Assembly (NCBI GenBank): GCA_964583985.1 | Contig: CAZOYD010000072.1 | Location: forward strand, 1 to 15,878 | Reading direction: 5' to 3' | DNA: 15,878 nucleotides | Source of the DNA: an uncultured archaeon | GTDB taxonomy: Archaea; Asgardarchaeota; Lokiarchaeia; Sigyniarchaeales; SOKP01 | Part shown: positions 1-6,766 of the stretch, one piece after another | How the letters are laid out: each line of letters opens with the position of its first letter | Position numbering within the stretch: the stretch's first letter is position 1 | Position numbers and translations under genes: made by a program | Notes under the pieces: model-generated | Seen by the model: only the letters and a program-made list of their open reading frames with translations | Told to the model about the DNA's origin: nothing | Database searches by the model: none

Positions 1-1
1 C

Positions 2-310
2 GATCTTTCCATTACTGGTCCATACGATTCGATTTGGTATAGTTTAGATGGCGGATCAACAAATATTACTGCGAGTGGTCTCACGGGAACGATTAATCAA
101 GCTACTTGGACGGCATTAGCAGACGGAATAATAACCATCGATTTCTACGCGAATAATTCTGCGGGGATGGAAGGAAACGCTCAGGTTCAGGTGTTCAAAC
201 AAGTATCGATTGAACCACCACCTGGAATTCCGGGTTACGATCTTTACTTGCTTATAGGAGCGTTAAGCGTTATATCTGCCCTTATTATAAGAAAACGCGT
301 GAAATACTAA
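2..310 (+). CDS. 3' part of a secreted/cell-surface protein with a Loki-CTERM-type C-terminal sorting signal (5'-truncated by window edge)
   Basis: Manual translation, frame 2: DLSITGPYDSIWYSLDGGSTNIT...TIDFYANNSAGMEGNAQVQVFKQVSIEPPPGIPGYDLYLLIGALSVISALIIRKRVKY*. This is a beta-rich Ig-like module (WYSLDGG, FYANNSAG), a Pro linker, an IPGY motif, a hydrophobic helix and a basic tail. TAA at 308-310. Confidence 0.88.
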   Translation, partial: DLSITGPYDSIWYSLDGGSTNITASGLTGTINQATWTALADGIITIDFYANNSAGMEGNAQVQVFKQVSIEPPPGIPGYDLYLLIGALSVISALIIRKRVKY

Positions 311-331
311 TTCCCTTATTTTTACTTTTTT
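311..331 (+). terminator. Oligo-T archaeal-type terminator
   Basis: TTCCCTTATTTTTACTTTTTT directly after the stop at 310. Confidence 0.5.
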
Positions 332-413
332 GAAAATTAGCATAAATATAATCTTATCTAACTATATTTAATTGAATGATTCTTCCACAATTCGTACAAG
401 AATATATATATAT

Positions 414-431
414 ATCAAATATATATTTGAT
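414..431. promoter_or_regulatory. Perfect 18-bp palindrome, possible operator
   Basis: ATCAAATATATATTTGAT is its own reverse complement. It abuts an (AT)7 run at 402-415, so part of it is low complexity. Confidence 0.3.
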
Positions 432-506
432 CAAGCTAAAATTGAAATATTTGCCCCAAAAACGTTCAATTTATATAGAAAACTCTTACCAATTGTAGTT
501 GATAAG

Positions 507-540
507 ATTGGTTAACTATTTTGAGAAATATTATTCATCT
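507..540 (+). repeat. Direct repeat R1, copy a (34 bp)
   Basis: ATTGGTTAACTATTTTGAGAAATATTATTCATCT matches 2931-2964 at 31/34 positions. Confidence 0.8.
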
Positions 541-636
541 GTTAAGGATAACATGGACACTGTGATTCTAAGTGAATCGAGCTTGAAAAAAGATTGGTCT
601 CGTCCAGAGGAAGACGAAGCATGGCAAAATTTGTAA
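541..636 (+). pseudogene. C-terminal fragment of a DUF2281-like type II antitoxin
   Basis: VKDNMDTVILSESSLKKDWSRPEEDEAWQNL* carries the SExSLxKDWxxPEEDEAW tail typical of antitoxins encoded just upstream of PemK/MazF toxins. The N-terminal part is missing. Confidence 0.75.
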
Positions 637-662
637 AGGGAGATATCGTAGTTGTTAATTAA
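621..662 (+). pseudogene. mazF: N-terminal fragment of a PemK/MazF-family toxin
   Basis: MAKFVKGDIVVVN* overlaps the antitoxin end by 16 nt. It matches the MazF N-terminal KGD(I/V)VVV motif but stops before the PFPFSD...KxRP core. Confidence 0.7.
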
Positions 663-670
663 GAACTTTA

Positions 671-690
671 TAAAAAATAAAGAAAAAAGA
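671..690 (-). terminator. Oligo-T terminator for the minus-strand CTERM mini-ORF
   Basis: The minus strand reads TCTTTTTTCTTTATTTTTTA a few nt after the stop at 698. Confidence 0.45.
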
Positions 691-697
691 TGTAAAT

Positions 698-826
698 TTA
701 GGATTTAGATCGTTTTCGGAGGAGAATGGTTGAAAATACACCGAGCGCTCCTATTAACAAGTAGAGATCATAACCAGGAATTGTTGGAGGAGGTTGTTGT
801 TGTGCTGAGGTTTTTACCACAATCAT
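698..826 (-). pseudogene. Stand-alone Loki-CTERM-type tail (42-aa mini-ORF; relic of a paralogous surface-protein gene or a microprotein)
   Basis: MIVVKTSAQQQPPPTIPGYDLYLLIGALGVFSTILLRKRSKS*. Thirteen residues (IPGYDLYLLIGAL) are identical to the gene at 2-310. There is an in-frame TGA immediately before the ATG. Confidence 0.8.
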
Positions 827-935
827 TCAACTCTTACTTTTTTACATTTCATTTTCGCCTTGAAAGATTAATGCATACTTTTATTTAAATATTTAACTTA
901 CTTTAACTTCATAAAAGACAAAATAGAAATAATTA

Positions 936-2813
936 TTGAGGAGGAGATGTATAATTAAGGTAGAACAATTATTAGAAGATGGAAATAAGCTCTTCGAAGA
1001 AGGAAAGCTTGAAGATGCTTTAAAAATCTTTGAAAAGGTTGTTAAAAAAGATAAAAATTATAGTTTAGGTTGGTTAAATAAAGGTAAAGTTTTAGTAGAA
1101 TTAGGAAAGTATGAGGACGCAAGGAATGCTTTAGAAGAGGGTTTAAAGCGAGATCCTAAAGTCCTGAAAATTAATCATTATCTAGGTAGGGTATATGAAG
1201 GTCTTGGAGATTATTCGAAGGCACTTGATTACTATGAAAAATCCATTAACCATGATAAAGACGATGTAGATTCATGGTATCATGAAGGTAATATTCATTA
1301 CGTGCTTGGGAAACTAGAAAATTCGTTGAAATGTTATGAAACTGCTTTCAGTATCTCTCAAAACTTTAAAGATATAAATGAAAAGTTGGAAAAAATAAGG
1401 AGTTTATTAAAGAAAAAAGAATCTGATTCGGCACTTTCTAACAAACTCATAGAAGATGGTAAAGCATTAAAAGAAAAGAATCAAACTTCCGAAGCTATTG
1501 AGAAATTTGAGAAAGCTGTAAAAATTAATAGAAACAATGCTGATGCCTGGAATGAACTTGGAGAGTTGTATCTCGAACTTAAAAAGTATGACCAAGCAAG
1601 AGAAAAGTTTAAAGAGGCTTTAATGGCTGATCCGAATCTAGTGAAGGCACAGCAAAATTTATCCTTAACTCTCGAACAAATTAAAGAGATTAAACAGAAA
1701 GAAGAAGAAGCAATAAAAAGCAAAATGCCTCAATTTGAACAAGAGGAGGAAGATGATGCTTACATTTGCGATAATTGTGGTGCACGTGTTGATCCAAATA
1801 GAAATATATGCATGAGATGTGGAGCTTTTAATAATCCAATCAAGAAATACCTTGCAAAGAAGGCTTTTAAAGAGACAAGTTTCTATTTACTTAGGCAAAT
1901 TGAGAAACCGTCATTTTCTGGTATGAGTTCTGATGGCCCATTTAATGAAGGTTTAAAATTATTAGAGCAAATGGAGTTAGATAAAGCAATTAATTATTAT
2001 AAAAACGTGCTTAAATCAAATCTAAATAATGAAGTTCTATGGAATAATCTGGGCGTAGCATACATGGGTTTAAAAAACCGAAAAGAAGCATTAAAATGTT
2101 ATAATAAAGCTTTAGAAATAAATCCTAATTATTACATAGGGCTATACAACAAAGGAGCTGTTTATTATGTATGTAGGCAGAACATAGACGCGATTAAGAT
2201 TTTTGATGCGGCATTAGAATTAAATCCCAATTGCGGTGAAGCATTTAATGATCGGATATTAGCTTATGAAAATTTTTCTGAGAAAGATTTCGCGAAATTA
2301 AGTGATTCTGAGCATAAAGAACTAAGAAAAAGGTTAGACTTGTTTAATATAGGAGGTGTAAATCACCTTAGAGGAATGATGAATTTAAGTTCTGCACTCG
2401 TTGATCTTGGAAACGGCAAGGATGCGATACTAGGGCATTATAAGATTATTGTTAAAAATAGTAGACAAATAAAAAATTTGTTTGAGGAAGCTCAAAAATT
2501 TGAAGCCAAGGGACAAATAAAACTCGCAATTAACTATTTGGATAAGGCCTTGAGCTTAAATCCTCAAGATGCTGTTGTCTGGGTAGGTAAAGGACTTGCT
2601 TTGAGTCGGCTGAACATGGTTAAAGAAGCTGCAGATTGTTTTACTCAAGCAACAACTTTTGATCCTAATTATGAATTAGCATGGCTTTATCGTGGAGTCT
2701 CAGTAGCATTTCTAGAGCAATATGACTTAACCTATAAATGCCTTGAAGAGGTTTTAAGAATAAACCCTTTCAATAAAGAAGCAATTGAAGCGAAAAAGAG
2801 TATATTTCAATAA
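936..2813 (+). CDS. Tetratricopeptide repeat protein with a central zinc ribbon
   Basis: Many TPR motifs (WLNKGKVLVELGKYEDA, AWNELGELYLELKKYDQA, LWNNLGVAYMGLKNRKEALKCYNKALEINP, VWVGKGLALSRL). CDNC-x10-CMRC zinc ribbon near 1767-1820. The start codon is uncertain. Confidence 0.92.
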   Translation: MRRRCIIKVEQLLEDGNKLFEEGKLEDALKIFEKVVKKDKNYSLGWLNKGKVLVELGKYEDARNALEEGLKRDPKVLKINHYLGRVYEGLGDYSKALDYYEKSINHDKDDVDSWYHEGNIHYVLGKLENSLKCYETAFSISQNFKDINEKLEKIRSLLKKKESDSALSNKLIEDGKALKEKNQTSEAIEKFEKAVKINRNNADAWNELGELYLELKKYDQAREKFKEALMADPNLVKAQQNLSLTLEQIKEIKQKEEEAIKSKMPQFEQEEEDDAYICDNCGARVDPNRNICMRCGAFNNPIKKYLAKKAFKETSFYLLRQIEKPSFSGMSSDGPFNEGLKLLEQMELDKAINYYKNVLKSNLNNEVLWNNLGVAYMGLKNRKEALKCYNKALEINPNYYIGLYNKGAVYYVCRQNIDAIKIFDAALELNPNCGEAFNDRILAYENFSEKDFAKLSDSEHKELRKRLDLFNIGGVNHLRGMMNLSSALVDLGNGKDAILGHYKIIVKNSRQIKNLFEEAQKFEAKGQIKLAINYLDKALSLNPQDAVVWVGKGLALSRLNMVKEAADCFTQATTFDPNYELAWLYRGVSVAFLEQYDLTYKCLEEVLRINPFNKEAIEAKKSIFQ

Positions 2814-2930
2814 AACAACTCAAATTTTGGCTCGCAGTTATGCTTCGGAGATGATGCGAATGCTGAGAATTAGTATAGATAATAGAACTTATAAGCATGA
2901 ACTAACTGAAAAAGATCTTGAAGCTCTAGC

Positions 2931-2964
2931 ATTGGTGAAATATTTTAAGAAATATTATTCATCT
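2931..2964 (+). repeat. Direct repeat R1, copy b (34 bp)
   Basis: ATTGGTGAAATATTTTAAGAAATATTATTCATCT; 31/34 identical to 507-540. Confidence 0.8.
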
Positions 2965-2968
2965 CGGT

Positions 2969-3020
2969 GATTTTTGTTTACTATTTCTAATATTGTGTTA
3001 TAAGGGGAAATTTTTAATAC
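2969..3020 (+). repeat. Direct repeat R2, copy a (52 bp; diverged copy of the chlI promoter region)
   Basis: GATTTTTGTTTACTATTTCTAATATTGTGTTATAAGGGGAAATTTTTAATAC aligns ungapped to 14672-14723 at 45/52 positions. Confidence 0.85.
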
Positions 3021-3044
3021 AAATGAAGTGTTTCCCAACTTGTC

Positions 3045-3092
3045 ATGGTAAAAAGGATTAATTTCCCATTTACTTCTTATAGTCTTCCTTAA
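3045..3092 (+). pseudogene. 5' relic of a ChlI-family AAA+ gene
   Basis: MVKRINFPFTS, then IV after a 1-nt shift, resembles the (F/Y)PF(T/S)xIxGQ start of ChlI proteins (compare MRKFLFPFSAIL at 14744). It sits at nearly the same distance behind the duplicated promoter. Confidence 0.65.
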
Positions 3093-3150
3093 TGGTGAAT
3101 AGAACCCAGAAGCATTAAGTTTTTCTATCAAAAAATACAAGATTATTTCA

Positions 3151-6117
3151 TTAATAGAATTGATATTCTTTAATTATTTGAATTGGTTCTGTTTCTTGTA
3201 ATACCTGTAAACCAATCTCCCTAATTTTATCTAAATCTGGTTGAATGAGTTTATATATCTCATCTATTATTATATTTTTCTTTTCTACATAACTTTTAGC
3301 TATTACAGAGCATTGTTTTGATAATTCCGCAATTTTTATTTGTTCTTTAGAGTTTTTAAATTTTGGAATGTTAAAATACAATGGTCGTTTATGATGATGA
3401 CGAGTATCACTTATAATTTTTACACTTTTTCTTAATTCTGGAATATTTAGCATTCCACATAAATAGTAAGCCTCAAGTTTATTATTGGTGCCATAGTAAT
3501 ATATAGTGGAATCAATAAAGATCCTACTTTCTGGATCCTCAACCACGGCAGCCATTAATGTCTTAGCATTTGGAAAAACTATTTTATAGGGGAATTGTTG
3601 ATTTTTTCTGACTTTTCCATTGACACATAATTTATTTCTATAATTGATACCTATCTCGAAAAGATCTTTTTTCAATGTCTCTTGATATATCGATTTCAAA
3701 TTATTCCAATGTTTTTTAGCAAATGGTCCAAGGTTTTTTATATCATAGACTAGGTTTTGATCTAATGGTAAAAAGATGGTGTATGGTTCAATATGAAATG
3801 GATACAATTGTCGAGATAAAGTTGCTTTAAATAGCGTATTTGTCTCAACTCGAACGTTTTTATAGTATTGTTTCTTCCACTTCCCTTTAGCTTGAGGAGA
3901 AATCCAAGGATTTATCACAGAAACCTTACCATCTTGAATCGTATTATTTACTTCACAATACAATAAGGATTTTGGAATTAAATCAGCTCCTTGAATAAAA
4001 TCATTAAAATAGTCAGATAAATGGCATGGTAATAATTTGTCTTTCTTTTCGCTTTTAATCAGTTTTTTCACAAAATATTTTCCTTTTGGCTTTTCTTGAA
4101 AATATACATACGGTTCTAGATGATTTATTTCAAGCTCTTCCATTGTTTCTGAATCTAGAATATGGCTTGTAACTGGATATTTATCTAAAACAGGATTAGT
4201 CTGGTTTTGATCATAATTAGCAAAGATACAACAGCAATCAATGTTAAAGACTAGGTCATTGAATTCATAGAAACTAATATTATTAAATATCTCAAATCTC
4301 CTCGCTTTTTCATTTTGAGATGAAACTAATAACGAGCGTGGCATAACAAATGCAATTTTCCCTTTTCCATTGGATCTTAAATATAATTCGGGTACTTTAT
4401 AGAGAAAAACTACTGCCTCCTCTATGTTTGTTATATTTTGAGCAGGAGGTTTGATATCAAATTGACTTGATATTCTTTTCATTGATTTCTTTAATTTTGT
4501 GTCAGCATCTTTATAGGTCAACCATGGAGGATTTGTGATGATGAGATTCATCTTTTTTTGCATTAACAAAATCCTAATCCCTACTAAATTATTCAATATA
4601 TACAACCAAATATGGTCCTTATCTTCTTTTTTTAATTCATACAACTGGTTAAAAAAATCATAAACGGATTTTATTTCAAAATTCTTGAGTTCTGAAAAAT
4701 TTTCACTCAATTCATTATGTGCGTTTAGAGCTGCTTGCCATGCTTCATCAAAATCATTAAAATCTTCCCAAACATTATATAATGATTTGATTAATATTTG
4801 AAATGTTTCTATATTGTTAGAAGTGAGGGCGTAACCTGGAATTTTCAATTCCTTTTCATCATCAATAAGATCAACACAAAAGGCATAATAACTCCCTAAA
4901 TTAAAATCTGCATATTCAGATATTTCTAAAGGATCGATAGAATTACATAAAAAGATATTGATCGAGATTTTTTCAATCCAGTCTTTTCTATTCTTAAAAT
5001 ACAAAAGACAATTTGCTTTTGTCGTAAGTACTGCAATAGGATTAATATCAAAACCAAAAACATTATTGATTGCATCAAACCACTCCTCAGGAGGTTCTTG
5101 ATCATGAGGAAACTCAAAGTGAGAATCAATCTTTTTATAAGTCTCAATAAGAAACGTTCCAGAACCACATGAAGAATCTAACACTCGATCCCTTAATTCA
5201 TAACTATTTTCAACCATTTTCTTACAAAGAGATTCTGGAGTGTAGTATTCACCTAATCGATGTCTTACACCTGCGATTATCATTTCTTGATAAATCGTAC
5301 GGAATATATCTGTCGCCTTTAATTGGACAGTTTTCATGATTTCAAAATAATCATCGCATAAGCTTTGCACGTTGATCACCCATCGGAAAAAATCATAATG
5401 AAAGAGAGAAATCCCAAGTAATTCGAAATAATTTTCCAAATCCTTAAAATATTCTCGCGAGTAACGTTCAGGATTAATAAACTCCTTGTATAGAATCAAT
5501 TTTAATAGCATGCTTAAATATGAATGCCTTAAAAAGAGTTCTCTTCCGACTTCATCATCATGATATGCTAACCTAAAATGTTTTTTCCATTGCTGAAAGC
5601 AGACTGTTTTTTCTCCCGAATGGTCATTAAAATGCTGTTCAAGGCGACCATATGATAGAATGTAAAGTGGCGAATTAACTCCAAATAAAATCGCAAATTG
5701 TTCAGAATCCAGTGAACTTGGTTTGAAAAGACATTCTAAAAGGGATTGTATTGATTTCTCATCAATATCCCGTCTATTTCTCAAAAAGAGAGAGTTGTTA
5801 TAATACCAAATTTTGGATTCTGAAATTACAATAAGTAAGGATGCTTGTTTCCCTTTTGTTTGAGTGTATTCATCAAGATATTGCTTTCCTTTTGAATTTA
5901 CCCAGGATTGAAGATCTTTATCAGAAATTTTAAATTTAAAATCGATTATAACATCTCCAATAAGACAATCTGGTTTCCCACTTAATATTCTGAGTTGAGC
6001 TTGGTAATTTATCCCAAGATTATCAAAAAGACTATCAAACCAATGTTCAATTTCAAACTCGTTTTTTGCCCTCTTAACTGGACTTAGGTCAATCTGAAGA
6101 TCTTTTATCAATAGCAA
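3151..6117 (-). CDS. Fused restriction-modification enzyme (Type IIG-like): N-terminal PD-(D/E)xK nuclease, N6-adenine methyltransferase and target-recognition region
   Basis: GKPDCLIGDVIIDFK (PD...DxK); GEYYTPE (motif X); VLDSSCGSGTFL (motif I, SAM binding); GFDINPIAV; IITNPPW (motif IV); FVMPRSLL. TTG start preceded by GAGGG. Confidence 0.9.
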   Translation of the reverse strand: MLLIKDLQIDLSPVKRAKNEFEIEHWFDSLFDNLGINYQAQLRILSGKPDCLIGDVIIDFKFKISDKDLQSWVNSKGKQYLDEYTQTKGKQASLLIVISESKIWYYNNSLFLRNRRDIDEKSIQSLLECLFKPSSLDSEQFAILFGVNSPLYILSYGRLEQHFNDHSGEKTVCFQQWKKHFRLAYHDDEVGRELFLRHSYLSMLLKLILYKEFINPERYSREYFKDLENYFELLGISLFHYDFFRWVINVQSLCDDYFEIMKTVQLKATDIFRTIYQEMIIAGVRHRLGEYYTPESLCKKMVENSYELRDRVLDSSCGSGTFLIETYKKIDSHFEFPHDQEPPEEWFDAINNVFGFDINPIAVLTTKANCLLYFKNRKDWIEKISINIFLCNSIDPLEISEYADFNLGSYYAFCVDLIDDEKELKIPGYALTSNNIETFQILIKSLYNVWEDFNDFDEAWQAALNAHNELSENFSELKNFEIKSVYDFFNQLYELKKEDKDHIWLYILNNLVGIRILLMQKKMNLIITNPPWLTYKDADTKLKKSMKRISSQFDIKPPAQNITNIEEAVVFLYKVPELYLRSNGKGKIAFVMPRSLLVSSQNEKARRFEIFNNISFYEFNDLVFNIDCCCIFANYDQNQTNPVLDKYPVTSHILDSETMEELEINHLEPYVYFQEKPKGKYFVKKLIKSEKKDKLLPCHLSDYFNDFIQGADLIPKSLLYCEVNNTIQDGKVSVINPWISPQAKGKWKKQYYKNVRVETNTLFKATLSRQLYPFHIEPYTIFLPLDQNLVYDIKNLGPFAKKHWNNLKSIYQETLKKDLFEIGINYRNKLCVNGKVRKNQQFPYKIVFPNAKTLMAAVVEDPESRIFIDSTIYYYGTNNKLEAYYLCGMLNIPELRKSVKIISDTRHHHKRPLYFNIPKFKNSKEQIKIAELSKQCSVIAKSYVEKKNIIIDEIYKLIQPDLDKIREIGLQVLQETEPIQIIKEYQFY

Positions 6118-6125
6118 GTTAATCC

Positions 6126-6179
6126 CTCTAATATTAGAGTATAATTTGGTTGTTTAATAATTTAGAAATCTCGATTTCT
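6126..6179. promoter_or_regulatory. Two palindromes in the divergent RM/hypothetical intergenic region
   Basis: CTCTAATATTAGAG (6126-6139, perfect, overlapping the RM ribosome-binding site) and AGAAATC-tc-GATTTCT (6164-6179). Confidence 0.4.
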
Positions 6180-6229
6180 CTTTTGATTTTTTAATAATCT
6201 ACCTAATTAATTAAATAAATTGGTGTATT

Positions 6230-6766
6230 ATGCCAGTGACTAAAGATCATTATTTAGGAAAAGTTAAAGAACATACTCTCAAAGAAGCGTTATCAAAAAT
6301 ATGCCGAGATATGGGAGAAGATGAAGATATAAATATTGTATTTTTGCAAAAAGACTGTGATATTATTATAACTCATACTACTATTCAAATATCTGATCCA
6401 AATTATCTGGCTGTTCTGGTTGAAGAACCGTTTTCGATGGATTTATTAAACAAAATAAGAACTGATTTTAGGGGTTTTCTCCATTATTATCAAAAGCATA
6501 TTAAAATCATTCCAAATGATGACATATGCTATATTAAATATCCTAAAATTATCAGATTATACGAGATCGATGAAGATATTTTTGAGATGCTTGAAAATGA
6601 ACATGATATACCCGATTCTTATTTAGATGATTATCAATGGGAAGAACTACTGAATTCTGAATTATGGAAGAAAGCTCAGACTCAAATAGCTCGGGAAATC
6701 ATTGCTTATAAATTTAAAAATGAAATATCAGTAGATCCAATAATGGATGCAATAGAATCAATCTAA
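6230..6766 (+). CDS. Hypothetical protein with an acidic C-terminal half
   Basis: 178-aa ORF with ATG start preceded by GGTG. It is divergent from the RM gene and overlaps the convergent gene by 4 bp. No recognised motif. Confidence 0.75.
   Translation: MPVTKDHYLGKVKEHTLKEALSKICRDMGEDEDINIVFLQKDCDIIITHTTIQISDPNYLAVLVEEPFSMDLLNKIRTDFRGFLHYYQKHIKIIPNDDICYIKYPKIIRLYEIDEDIFEMLENEHDIPDSYLDDYQWEELLNSELWKKAQTQIAREIIAYKFKNEISVDPIMDAIESI

Noticed and set aside
372-515. Two overlapping 40-47-codon open frames
   Set aside because: They have no motif, run through an (AT)n tract and cannot be distinguished from noise.
2785-2970. 61-aa plus-strand ORF (weak HEPN-like look: NRTYKHELTEKDLEALAL)
   Set aside because: It overlaps the TPR stop and runs through repeat R1b. 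The R-x4-6-H spacing is not met, so it cannot be supported as a gene.
2955-3140. 61-aa minus-strand ORF after the RM gene
   Set aside because: It is antisense to the duplicated promoter and chlI relic, which explain this DNA better.
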